From the NCBI GenBank assembly GCA_030141605.1, contig JAQGDQ010001294.1:1-49158 (forward strand): 49,158 nt of DNA. Direction: 5' to 3'. The notes under the pieces are model-generated. The model was not told the DNA's origin, made no database searches, and was given only the letters and a program-made list of their open reading frames with translations. Of the stretch, positions 21,877-34,874 are shown one piece after another. The translations under genes and the position numbers were made by a program. This DNA is from Tubiluchus corallicola (Eukaryota; Animalia; Priapulida). How positions within the stretch are numbered: the stretch's first letter is position 1; each line of letters opens with the position of its first letter.

Positions 21877-23250
21877 GATGTCTGACAATGTTAAAAATAT
21901 GCTGCTGCTGAATTTTGTGCTGAAAACCCACGTGTGCATACAATACCTTTTAATTTTAATCTTTAGGCTTAGTGTACCACAGCAAAAGATTGCTGAATGT
22001 TAAGTGCTTGTTCTGCACAGCATTCAGCTGCTATTGTTTTTAGTTTTTCTTGTCCCTAGCTGCTTTGCAAGAAAGATTTACTTTCTTTTATTAATTTTAA
22101 GCAACAACTTTGAAGGTACAGTTTCAAATTCCGCAAACAAATGCTGCAACAGATTTACAATCTACAGCATACACTTGCGATCAGAAAAGCGGCGGCGCGG
22201 CGTGAGTTTCTCACTCCGACAGCAAACGCGCAGGTGTGAACTGCCTTGCAAGGTACTGTCAGTAAGATTAACTGGACGAGAAAACTCGCACTAGTTCAAC
22301 TGTTATATCTAAATATAATTTTTGATTTAAACTTTTTGAAAGCTATTTAATATTGTTATGGGGTGAAATGTCATTTAATTTCGACCCCCCTCTACATTGT
22401 GATGGTTTCATTACGATCCATTACGAAGCCATTGCATTGCATAACAGTATAAGTAGCTGGTATGGAATGTCGTACTCGGTTCAGTCGGTAGACGGACAAC
22501 TACCTAAGCACTTGTTCCGTAGTCATGTTCAGCATGAGGAACAGAGGAAAAGATTTTGACTTGTTTTCACCTTAATTTTCTGTTTGAATTTCTATATTTT
22601 CTCTCTATTTTGTCATCCACAACATTTGTGTGCATCATGGTGTGACTGATCCAGATTTGAACCTTGGACCTCTTGGCCGCCTTTACAACAATAGTAGAAT
22701 AGCTTAGACTATTTTATGCATAAAAAGCTATATGAAAATATAAAATCGTTACATCACACTGCAATATAATACTGCAATAAAATCTATACTAAAATACTAC
22801 TGTATATACAATACATACTGTAAATAAACGTTCGTATCTATCACGTTCGACGATTATTATTTACAAATAGTCTATTATTCCACAATCCACATTTTAAAAT
22901 AACGAGATTGTATAATTCGTACAGAGTTGACAATAGCTAGTAGAAGTTTGTGTCCACGTAATCGTTTTTTAATACTGTAACAGGCTTTCCTACAAAGGTG
23001 CGAAAAATGTGGCAACGCGGAAATAATATGTTATGCAACGCGTATAAAATTAGCATTTTCTAATTAATGCGTTAATACGTGCATAGAATAGATGAGTTCG
23101 ATTTTTCATATCCGCATTATCAGGTAAGTCAGAATAAATGACACGATCTAATAAATGTTTTTTTGTGGAATAGCGAACATTTATTTCTGTAGTTTTTTTT
23201 ACTCAAAATAACACTTTTCACTGCAGTTACGTTATCTAAGTAACACCATT

Positions 23251-23528
23251 CTCCCACTTCAGTCACGCAGGTTTCTCAGTTCGCTGCCTGGCTCCCACTT
23301 CCGTCACGCAGGTTTCTCAGTTCGTTGCCTGGTTCCCTCTTCAGCCACGCAGGTTTCTCAGTTCGTTGCCTGGTTCCCTCTTCAGCCACGCAGGTTTCTC
23401 AGTTCGTTGCCTGGCTCCCACTTCAGCCACGCAGGTTTCTCAGTTCGTTGCCTGGCTCCCACTTCAGCCACGCAGGTTTCTCAGTTCGTTGCCTGGCTCC
23501 CTCTTCAGCCACGCAGGTTTCTCAGTTC
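23251..23528. repeat. 41-bp minisatellite, about 6.8 copies, overlapping the GT31 stop codon and 3' UTR
   Basis: Unit gcctggctcccacttcagccacgcaggtttctcagttcgtt. Confidence 0.96.
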
Positions 23529-23984
23529 TTTGTCTAGCGTTATTTTCCTCTCCTTGCCACATTTCAGACCAGCTAAATGTAACGTTATGACACGGTCCTA
23601 TCGTCCCAAGTGGAAAAGACACCAATGGTCCAGGTGGAAATCTACACATATCCGAATACCTTGGTATTGGATCAATGGTATTGTTATTTTCGGGACGACC
23701 AGAACGTGTCATCCAGAATTTCAATATCTGAGCTGGATATACGCGATGTAGGCTGATGTAATGCTGGCAAATAAGGCGACCCGTTGCTGAGGTTGTGTTC
23801 ACAAGTCTGTAATTTATTCTGTTGTCAGCAAAGTATGTTACATTCTTCATTTCCAGGATCCACGATGCTAAGGAACGTGTGGCTATGCTGTGACATTGCA
23901 ACTGACCATCTGAGTTTTGCTTTAGTAAATTGTCTATTATGTCTTTGGTTAAAATGATGAATTCTTCGTCCATGGCGACCCATC
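23464..23984 (-). CDS. GT31 glycosyltransferase exon 2
   Basis: Phase-compatible acceptor, long open frame with Cys/His-containing C-terminal lobe; stop falls in the 41-bp repeat. Confidence 0.75.
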
Positions 23985-26900
23985 CTGAAAAAAATCAGCA
24001 AGGAAATTCAAATCAGAGTTCAGTTAAATTCAGATCAATTCAATTCGAGTCGCAAAAAACGTTAAAAGCAGGTCATACATTTCTACCTAGACTCTCTACA
24101 GGGTTCACTTGGTGTATGGACCACAGTTTTCTAGAATGCAGAGAAAATCGGGTTCCAATCCTACTTGAAGTACTTTTTAGGTTTTTTTTAACAAAGACAA
24201 AAGACGTAAGAACGCAACATACAAATAATGAATAACATGTATCGTATGGCGTCGCCTAGCCCTGGCGTCGGCAGCCACTAGTTTCGAACTCAGGACTGGA
24301 TCGCTGCTGTCCGAAATCGTAACCACTCGGCCACCCAACTCAGGACGGCCTGTTCGCATGTTGTTAGGATCTAGACAAGTATTTTGAACTACAGTAAATC
24401 TCGCAATTTGACATGATTTAAAACTTTCAGTTTTTACTATAGTCTGCTTCCATGCAGTTAGAATTTATATGGCCCTTACTTAATAAGTAGGTTAGTAGGC
24501 TCTTAATTAATGTTGTAAATTCACGAGCGTCATAATTCTATAGAAACATAGGCTAACTGTAATAAAAACAAATTCTTACTCAGTTTAAGGTTAAAGTTTG
24601 ACGATTGAAATCACAACTGATACAACATTGAAACCAAACTTGAAAAACAGAAAATTCAAAACAGTTAGAGCTCAGACTGGATTTGAACCAGGGACGTTAC
24701 ACTTACAAAGCAGCCGCCATAAACGTTAGACTATCACTAAGCTTCTCGGTGATGTTGATAATTCAAAGTTCCTCCAAATAATTGATTAAATATTGTCATT
24801 TTATTTGCTTATTATTATAATGATTATTTATTTATTTATTTATTATTTATTTATTTTTTTATTTATTTATAATACATTTATGAACTGAAGTCAAGAGACT
24901 TATATGTCAATTAAAAACATCGTAAAATATATCGACAATGTACAGAAAGTAAAATTACATGGTACATGGTTAGTACAATAAATTATAAACACTTAAGTAT
25001 GTTAAAAAAATTGAAAGTGCAGGTAAAACGATGAAAACTTGATTAGTACGGCAAAATTGGATAATTATGGCAAAAAATTTACTTCTTACACCATTTATCA
25101 AGTATTACACCATATTACACCATGTAATAAATTTTTTTACCATAATTATACAATTATTATTTGCAATATAAAGATTATTATTAATGATACCGGCTATATT
25201 CCAGGTTTTTCAAGTTTGATTTCAAAACAAAAAATATGTAATTGAATTGTAGGATTGTACGGTCGTTGATAATAACTTTGACATTAAAGATTGTAAACGA
25301 TTAACAGCCCAAGAATAATTCTAATTCCTAAATGCTAATTAAAGCCTCTGCACGCAGGGTCTGTATCCGTATTATAAACAAAAGTTTTTAAACCGTTTTC
25401 CAGACAAAACAGCGCAAATGTAGGCTAATATGGCTCCCAATAATTCGCGAATTTTCGAAACTTGATGCCATCCTAGCCATTGAGCGAATATCAAAGACCA
25501 GACTAATCGGAAAACGATCTAATGCCATACTGTAGAATTTAATTCTATTGTGCTTCAAATCGACGAACTTTGAAAGTTTTTTTTAACAACAATACCAAGA
25601 CGAAAAAAGTGCAGAAGTTTCAATTAACACATGTGTGGTATATTTACAGAACGTATCGTAAAACGAAGCATTTTTGCACCACCAGAAGTAAAGATGCCTG
25701 CCAAGGTGCTGTTTAAACTTGGCATGAGAAAGATCGCATCGGTTCTTTAACCTCAGTAGTGCAAGCAAGGCTCATTTGGACCTCGCTCCACCAATTCAAC
25801 AGTACATTGTTTAAGCCTTACATTACAAGGTTCGTATAGTTTACGAGACGTCAATAATAATTAATGTAGGCTTACAACAGTTTTGCAATAAATTCTGTTA
25901 TTAAATCAATTTGTCAATAAGATTTTCGTAGAATGTCGAACGTCGAAGTTCAATCGATAGCGTAGCAATGGTCTGTTAGTAATATTCTCATAGTTATTCT
26001 AGCGGTGTATAATTATACAAATAATATTGTTCTGCCGTCGGGTTCTCCCCGCCAGGGTCGTTGTAATAACCCCTAGACGGTTCGAGCCACAGCCATCGGT
26101 GGGCGAGAGCTCTCGGTTCGAAAGCCACATCCTGAAAAGAGATTAGCAAACCAGACGACTGGGAGACATTTAACCAGTTTTGAAAGAGTGGCATAAGGCC
26201 CGACCAAAATCTTAACTAACTTAGTAATTTTGAAAAATTAAAATGTTAATAAAAGAATCTTTATAACCGAAAAGAACAAATAGCTGACTGAACATAAAAT
26301 ATAAAAATGAATCTACCCTTGAGGGTTCACCACTCCCTCACATTGACACCGAAACAGTTGGGAAACAAGTCCAAGGAGGGCGGGTGCAGGCTTGTCCTGT
26401 TTGATGCTCAAACTCCAGAAAGCACTGAACTCAAGAAAACAGAATGCGGCACTTATATTTATAGACTTTGCACAGGCAAAATAAGTAAGTATTTAAATTT
26501 GAGTGAGTGAACGTTTGAACGCAAAACAGCGCGAAGTTCAGGCCCCAACAATATCTTACACTGAGTGCAATAGTGCAATTTTAACTGGACCCTGTAGCAC
26601 TATTGTCCGAAGAAACTAGAGTTTATTTGCTAGGAAACAATATCTTACACTGAGTGCACACCTGTAGCACTATTGTCCGAAGAAACTAGAGTTTATTTGC
26701 TATATTACACACCACTAAAATTCCAAATATAAAATGGTATTATTCGCAGTAAAGTTAAAGTTTTTTACTGTACGCTGGCGGTCATCATTAAGAAATACAT
26801 AAAGAATGATTTAAAATTCGAAACAAAACAAAAAAATTATAACAAAACTGCGAGTATCAATGGAAACAATTAGACTGGGTTCCCAAGACTCAAAAAATTG

Positions 26901-28838
26901 GTTTCGTTCGGTCAGTCTGATCACCAGGTTTTAACTATATATCTAATCACAGACTGGACCTTGGTGTTTACTGCCTGGATTTCAGTACTAATTTTCAGTG
27001 GGTTTTTGGGTGTTACGGGGCAATTTGTGCATGACAAACAAGAGTCTATTTCATGTTGTATCTATGTAGGCATTGAAGATTTACTTTGCCTAATGTTATT
27101 CTACGGATCATTGTGTTCATTTGCTTAGCAGTAGGAATGACCCATCATGGCTTTCTGCTCTTAAACTGTCCCATTTCAGAATAGCCCAAAAACATGTTTA
27201 CTGAAACCCTGTTTATTTCTCCTAGACCATTTTATTTTTCTACTGTAAGTTTTTATCCGCACAGTGTGCTATTCTAGACATTGCTGTATAAAAATTCCCA
27301 TGTCAGTAGTTATTCAGAATGGGGCAGTAGTTGGGCACGGTGCATTTTGCGAAGCCACAACCAAAAAGGCTTGTTTACTTAATTGCACTTATGTTCAAAT
27401 GTAATGTTTTTTCATTTTCACTGCACTCCAACATTACAAAACTCACTCACAATAGTGTAACGTAGATAATCACAGTAATTATTAAAATAGCACACTGCAT
27501 CATTTTTGTTGGACAATTATGCCCCACTTGTGATAGAGTGCGCCCCCTCCGATTTGACCACAGCCAAAAACATGTTAACGTCAGACTTTTTGCATGTCTT
27601 TTTTAAATTTTACCAGTTTAAAACTTTCCAGTTTGTGTGATGAATAATGTTTGCAGCCAAAATAAGTACTCCATTTGAGCATGAGAACCCTGTTTGAGTT
27701 ACGTGAAGAAAGAAGATAGAGAAAGACGTGAAGCAAGAGAAAGAGAGGAGCAGGAAGGAGCTCGAATATTTGAAAAAGAGAAAATGGAACTCACAAGCTT
27801 ATGAATTAAAAATGCTTGCAACGTGTAGACAGTTATCAAATGCACAAACGCAGTTCTTGCCAGCAACTACTAGCAACACAGCCAGTGAGAAACGATTAAA
27901 AGTGCGTCTTTTTGTGGAAGGGTAAGGCGAGTCAATACTGGAGTGGCTCAATTATCACGAAAAAAGTTGCAAAGTCAATTACATTGCAAAAGAAAGCACA
28001 AAACAAATTGCAATTGCAAAATAACATGTGCGTATCACTTGCACTACATTTGTCTGAAAAAGTTAGTCATGGTTTTAAATTAGTATACAATGCTGACATC
28101 AACAATTACGAAAAAGTCAAACATGTCATCCTTCAAGCGTATTAGATTAGTCGCAAAAGCTACTGCCTTCCGTGATTCATTTAAAGCGCAAGGATGAAAT
28201 TGCACACAGGCTTTAGTATGCCTGAGGCAAGCTTTTTTACGTATTTCTTCCTTATGTTCTCTAAGTAGTATTTCAAAATTTCTAACAGTTTCCCAAAAAT
28301 AGAGCTTGTCACAAATTTAGCATGTAATTTTGTAAACATCACATTTTTTTAACTTATAAAAATTATTGCGTAACAAGGCAGAAAAGTCAATTTTGTATCA
28401 TGTTTATAAACCAACCTAGTGTTAGCTGCATAAAGTGCCGGTTTGCACAGTTCTATCTAAACAAGGGGCAAAGCAAAGAGTGAATTTATTAAATTTCTTA
28501 AATTTTTGTGTCACAGAGTTTTGAGGTGAAAGTTTTCTAGTTAACTTCTACCCTTATGTTTAAAGACAAATGTTAACGTCTAGCTTTATTTAACGCTTTT
28601 CTGAGAACGTGGAACTTGATTATAATAACCCAACTTTTTTCAAAATAATGGAAATGTGACTGATCTGTTCTGCTAACAAAATTTTGGGTAATTTATGTAC
28701 ATGTGTTCTCACATTACAAGTTATTGACCCGTTTGGGGTGTTTGCTAAAAAGATTCCCACCTAAGGACGAGTTGTAGAGAGTGCTCCTGCGCATGTCGTT
28801 GCATCAAATGATGATGATGATGATGATGATAATGACGA

Positions 28839-28870
<32 letters not shown>

Positions 28871-29874
28871 ACGACGATGGCTAAATTTTCTACGTTTTAG
28901 TTTTAAAAATTGATGAGTATTTTTTTGTATCCAAAAGCATAAAAGTAAAAAGATTGTTAATCACAAAGTTTATTAACAATAAGGATATTTTTGGGAAACG
29001 ATTACTTCCTTGATCAGGTTACATACAAATTAATCACATAAAAGTCGAGAATGTGTAGTTTGTTTATTCTGCATTTACTCTTTTCAAATTTTCCATTCTG
29101 GAATTCTATAGGATTAAATTTATGTAACCTGGTTAACGGAGCAGTCGTTCCCGAAAATATCGTCATTATTAACTAACTTGCTGTGATGAACTCTTTAGCC
29201 TCTAGTCTATTTAGTCGTTAGCCATTGTTGTGTTATCTCTTTAGTGGTATTCAAATTTTAGATAAATTCCTGTTAGATTTAAAAGAATAATTATTCACGC
29301 GTAAAACCTATTTATTGTCATTTATTCATGTTTCCAAGTATTCTTTACTACCTTTTGTACAATGCACACGTCCCCAGTACAATCGTGATTTTGGACGAGA
29401 TGGCAATTCCAGCAATAGTCGATTGAGACAAAGATACATATCGTCATCCAGTCTTAGAAAATACTCGAAATCGTAATGTTCTCTGGCCCACTTCATGGCC
29501 CACAGTAGCCGTCTAGCAAAATTTGGACCACCGGGCGTGTCGTAATCAAAAACAATGTCGCCATACAGGGCAGCTTCCTTTCGTAAGATGGCGTCCATTT
29601 TTTCTGGCAGCTGATTTCCAAATTTGTCTAGTTTATCGGTGAAGAAAACGCAAACGGCTTCTGGATAAGAATCGCACAAAGTCTTCCATGTTTTCCTGAT
29701 GGCATTTCGACGATCCTGCCGGATAGGAGCACTAATAATCGCTACAAATAGACGCTTTTTCTCAAGAGAAAAAAATGTCAACAAATGCTGCTGATGGAAC
29801 AACATATAGACGATAAAAATAGTGCAGATGGACACAGGAGCGAGAAATAAATTTCGCCACGTTCGTAATATCAT
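23464..29874 (-). CDS. GT31-family (beta-1,3-galactosyltransferase-like) type II membrane glycosyltransferase, 347 aa; complement(join(29352..29874,23464..23984))
   Basis: Exon 1 has an N-terminal TM anchor, LFVAIISAP...RRNAIRKTW, EAALYGDIV, and the DxD motif YFLRLDDDMY, ending LYWGRVHCTK G|gtagta. The phase-1 acceptor ttttcag|GA TGG GTC GCC ATG at 23984 continues with a long open frame (WVAMDEEFIILTKDII...ICQHYISLHRVYP...). Confidence 0.82.
24668..24741 (-). mobile_element. Degenerate tRNA-derived SINE head / pseudo-tRNA
   Basis: Minus strand reads tagtctaacgttta...gtccctGGTTCAAATCCagtctgagctc. Confidence 0.5.
27690..28200 (+). pseudogene. Decayed Ty3/Gypsy-type gag fragment (SCAN-like capsid region) in the GT31 intron
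   Basis: E/R/K-rich coiled-coil-like stretch followed, across frameshifts and stops, by LALHLSEK...NADINNYEKVKHVILQAY*ISRKSY, resembling the DY.xVK.AIL.AY...E.YR pattern of Gypsy gag proteins. Confidence 0.55.
28808..28880. repeat. (GAT)n imperfect microsatellite
   Basis: Seen directly. Confidence 0.93.
28957..29190. mobile_element. Diverged fold-back element (old MITE), about 95-bp imperfect arms
   Basis: About 28957-29053 aligns to the reverse complement of about 29094-29190 (e.g. caggttacata / tatgtaacctg). Confidence 0.7.
29352..29874 (-). CDS. GT31 glycosyltransferase exon 1
   Basis: First in-frame ATG at 29874; RRNAIRKTW and DDD motifs. Confidence 0.88.
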
Positions 29875-31866
29875 CACAATTCGTTTTGAAAAACCATTTG
29901 CCTTGTTATAAACTATCAACTATCAACAACATGTTATTGCGACTTTAGTCATGATTATTATCACCTATAAGAAAAAGCTCATGCCTTCAGCTGCGTTAAG
30001 GATAATGCACGGTGCGCTGATGTGACGAATAAACAGCAGAAAGGCAGAACTTTTACACGCTTTGTTAAACTCACACTCTGCTGTTAGGCTGCCCACCCAT
30101 TTCTGTGGTGCGTTAGTAATTCAATTTTATACGCACCAATTTTACCGTATCTTGGCCATATTTTACACAAGTTTTTTTTATCCGTGCAGAAAATGAAATC
30201 AAATGTTGTTAAACTTTGAAGTCAATAATTTTAGTTTTATAAATATTACGAACTAAGGAGTGGTTCATAGTTTGTCCATTTTTATAACAGGTATGCGGAC
30301 GTTTTCAATACGTATTTATACGTAACGAACCAGGATCCATCGCGGATTCGACGCAGGATGCATAATGTCTCAGGCGGCATATAAGTGACAGAACTTCACA
30401 GCAGACGAGAAAAATTAAAAGATCCAGAACACAAGTATAAAATAAACTTTATTGTATAAACAGTAACTCCAAGTCTTCAAAAAGAAATGCATGTGAATAG
30501 ACTGTCCTATAAAAATTAGCAGCCGTACAGCATTATTCACCTTTACAGACAGAAAGGTCAGGTTGGAATCATCGAATTACGGCATGCATTCTGCTTTATG
30601 CTGGTACGTTACTGGACTTCCCAGCCATACCCATTACTAACATTACGTGTTGGTGAAAATCTGCCTTTGTAACAATATAATGGTTGTTATAACAATATAA
30701 CAGCATAAAAACTATCTTCAAAACCAGATATTTTTTCTAATTTTTTACTGGGAAATTAGACTGCGGAAAGAATTTCTAGGTATGCTGGCTGACATAATTG
30801 TCAGGTTGGCTGATCATATCAATTTGCAATGTAGATTAAGCTTGACTAAGTAGTTCAAAATTTTGAAAAACTCAATTTTATGCAATGCTGCTTGAGTTAA
30901 AGCTTAATTTTGATAACTACTTCCGTTCGAAAGCTGAATGAAAATTCCACCGGCATTATACCCAATTTACGCCTATGTTTATATATTACTAGACTAATAA
31001 AAGAAATAAATTCGGGCTTCGGAAATCGGATGCTACATAACGCTTCAGTCTCTAGTAACTTCCATTCAAAACTAAACTTTCAATTCAAAACGTTCAAAAC
31101 CAAATGTCATCGAGTAGGTTATTGTCTAAGCTAAAACTTATTATGTTTTAAAAATCAAAAAGTCGAGTTCGGAGATCAGATCAACCTGTCGTTCCCGTCT
31201 CGCAAAGCCCTACATTTAAAGCACAAATTTAAAATATACTACCTCTGAATAGAAATTTCCAGGCGCGGTAGTCGTTGCTATTCCCTTGAAAATTATGATG
31301 TAACTGGGAGATTTCGTGACTTTTCGTAAGCACGTCGTGGCTTTTCGTGAGCGCGCTGCTAATTCGCACTTCTGCAGCTTGCCTAATGTCCACACAAAAT
31401 TATTACAAAATCAGCTATCTAATTGTTTTGCAAAAACTTATTATATTTTTGATGAAGATTGACAGTGCCCTACATTTTCTTTAAGACAAATGACGTCATT
31501 GGAAGAAGAACGTGCATTGAAAATGGGAGCGCCCGAGCATAAAGTGATCGCGACTTTAAAGTGATTTTACTAGTTACACGAAGCGCTTATTGCAGTTTTA
31601 TTACTAAGTCCTTCTAACATTTTTCACGAACATTGAAATAAGCCTAACGTCATAGAAAACTTGGCATTTCCTTTAATGTGCACGATTGAACTAAATTTGT
31701 GAAAAACACTTATGAGCTGGTTGTTTTTAACTTTATTTTATCGAAAAGAGGAAGTAAACTGTGTTGTTTGATTGGCTAAAATTGTCATTGCAGCCCAAAT
31801 ACCCTTTAGAACTTATTACAATGAAAAGAAATTCCAAATCTAAATGGGTGAAAAAGTTTCAGGAGC

Positions 31867-32110
31867 ATAGCAGTATGGGCCGATTTTTTCAGGAGGGGGG
31901 GGGGGGGCTAAACCCAGATTTCGTGCACTTCATTTGGCGGCATGGAGAAATTTCGAGATTTCTTTTTATGAAAAATATTATTTTAATTTTTTTGTCATTT
32001 GGCCGGTGCCTGAAATATTTGGCGATTGCCCGAAAAAAATGTGACTGCCCGAAGCGGTGGGAAGGGGGGCTGCAGCCCCCACCAACCCCCTGGCTTGTTC
32101 GGGAGATATG
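31867..32110. mobile_element. Degenerate non-autonomous DNA-transposon-like repeat with G/C-run subterminal motifs
   Basis: GC-rich island with catagcagtatgggccg...G-run and gggggctgcagccccc near the other end; TIRs eroded, no TSD found. Confidence 0.45.
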
Positions 32111-32752
32111 GAAACATATTCTGTCGATGATCAAGAAGCTACAGGTCCTGCCAATGATCAAGAGTTGTAAATGAAGAAAGTGCAGCACTCTTACAACAAT
32201 TTTGTGGGTTGTCAAGACAATCATTAAAATAGCCGTAGTAACTGCCTTACAAAATCAACTGCCGCTAAGATTCTAGAACAAAACGTCAGAGCGTACAAAG
32301 TTCAAGTACAGCAAATATTGTCAGAAGAGTTTAAAAATTGCATAAAAAAATCACTCGGCAAGAATGTGGAAAGAAATTCAAATGTTTCGTATCTCCCGCC
32401 AAACGAACTTCGTTGCGGATATCTTTGAGAAAAATGACGTAAGCTGGTGGCGTATTTTGCTTTAAATCGTCTAGATCCATCGCGTTTTAATCAATTTCTC
32501 GCTGCCTACGCATCACTTGGACACACCTAATGAGATGTCGGTTACGAAAAGCTGCTACTACCTCACTATCTCGGTGTTGAAACTTGTTCATGGACCAGAT
32601 AATTACCACAAAGCAAAGCCAGAACCTTTGGGAGTCCAAGATGTCGGATTGTGACGGTAACATGGTCGATGAAGACCGATAATAAGAGAATTGTAGTGTG
32701 CTCCTGAGCATTACAAAAGGCGAGAACGTTAAAACACTAATTATGACTATAT

Positions 32753-32756
<4 letters not shown>

Positions 32757-32822
<66 letters not shown>
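32757..32822. repeat. (TA)n(GA)n compound microsatellite
   Basis: Seen directly. Confidence 0.96.
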
Positions 32823-34874
32823 CTATATATGAGTTGACTATATTGTTACTTTAAAATAAATTCAATTGAATTGATTTTTTTTCTCATACAAAAACAATAT
32901 ACAGCAAAGTGTTAGTGACAAAGTAGTAGTTAAGGAGAAACACGTGGTGGAGAAACACAAATAAAGTGATTGAATCCGTGCGCTTACAATAACTCTGTTT
33001 TATCACCAGACATTAACAATTGTTTTGGCCGCAGCACATTTCTCTTAGCTGATCGTGGTATTTTACATTATTTACATGAGTTAATGCCGGAGACCAAACA
33101 CTTCTACTTCATTAAAAATTAGCACATTTGTGCAGAGAGTAGCCAAGCTGAATGTAGATCACAAATATCTAGATCTGGTGTTGACTGTATAAAAGTGTCC
33201 ACTTTGGATTGTGAAATGCAGATATAAAATTGTTTAAATTTTTATGACGACAAACAAACAACAGTCGTACAAACTGCATAACATATATTTCTATTGCTCG
33301 TTCACCGTAACCGCGGTTCATTAACATGATTAATAAGTCTTTTCATCATTTTACTTCTGTCTTAACATTCAGTCGAGACGCCATGCTGCCCAAATGATAT
33401 GTTTTGTCTGGAACAAAAAATTTCCTTTAAAGTCAACTTATCAAGATATTAATTATAGTTGACTATAATTTACTAAAGAACTTACGGTAAATAATTCAAT
33501 AAATTCAAACAAAATATACAGGCATGTTTGGCTTTAAATCATGAGTTTCACAAGAAAAGAGCATATATGACGAAATTTATCAGTACACCATTGCATTGAT
33601 AACATTGAAACCGGAATGGCAGATAGAAAAAACATGGACTCTAAAAGTTCTTTTTTCTTTAGTTCTTTCTTTACACTTGTGTGGAACCAGAGCACGTGAG
33701 GGTAGTACTGTTTACTTCACAGCCCAGCACACTCCAGCAACGCGGTGCTTGGCTGTTGTGCACTGTAACATCCTGTGACAATAAAACATTTGCAAATTAT
33801 TTTTGCTTTTATAGATAAGTGCCAGGATTATTATTTCAATTTACAGACCGAACATTGTACAGGACATTATGAAAAAACAGTCTTTCAGCATTAACAATAT
33901 AGTAGTTTACCAAGGCGAGGTCTTCTCCAGTACTTGGGTAGAACCGGTCCTTCCTCACGCACGTTGTAGTAATGCAGCAGATTTCGGTCTCCAGTGGAAG
34001 TTGGCTAAGTTAGCGTCTCTTTCAGTCTACTTCGTGGGCAGCAGGTAGCCTTTTCCAGGAAGTCCCCACAGCTTCCCTGGCAGGACACAGAATGGGATCT
34101 CTTGATATCGGATAATAAGAAGATCATTTCTTCCGGGTTGCCACGCAGAACGAGAGTGATTTAGACCATCAAACGTGAATTCACAGGTGACAGTATCTTC
34201 ATCCAACGTAAAAGTAATTAGGCTATGTAATAAATGCCTAATTTAACAAATGTCTCTCAGCAATTGTGTAACTGACGAGGTTTCACCAGCAAAGGAAGAA
34301 CATCGTTCACCAACGAATAAGAAGAACATAATAATGAACAAATCATCCATTTTTCGTTCAATCATCGTATGAAAGAAACCATGATATAGAAATATCTGAC
34401 CATTTTTCCAGCACGCTCATTCCACATTCTGCCACGTAGGCCAATCCTTCTAATATCCAGGCCTCAAAAGCTAACCGACCAATCAGAAACGAGTTCTGGG
34501 TGAAGTGACCTCAATAGTACAGCGACGAAGCTTTCACATTTGTTCAAACTTGGACATAATATTGTCATGGAAAAAATTGTTGCTAAACATATTTTTTTTG
34601 AAAAATAAAAGTGATGTTGAAACGAAACGAATTTCATCTTCTTCTGCCTAATTACATATTTAAGGTAGCTTAACAGAAACTGGCTTCAATTAATGGATAA
34701 CTTCATCAAAAATAATGCTACTCTTGACTAAAGATGGCAGCACAAGATTGGAATATTAAATCAATACATCAATATTATCAATCGTTAGGTAAACAATTCG
34801 TGATACCGTTTAGGTTAATACTTAAAGTGAAAAATAATTAGTAGCAGTAATCTACTAGATGGGGGACCATCACA

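Noticed and set aside
26040-26160. GC-rich stretch with an acceptor (ttttcag|GATG) resembling the GT31 exon 2 acceptor
   Set aside because: In the required phase it reaches TAG after about 18 codons and has no GT31 similarity; at most a cryptic exon.
26548-26702. Short local duplications (also at about 1810-2035 and 16010-16060)
   Set aside because: Ordinary small tandem duplications with no further structure.
33900-34560. GC-richer patch, possibly a decayed LINE or other coding remnant
   Set aside because: No frame gives a motif I can recognise with confidence; needs a translated database search.
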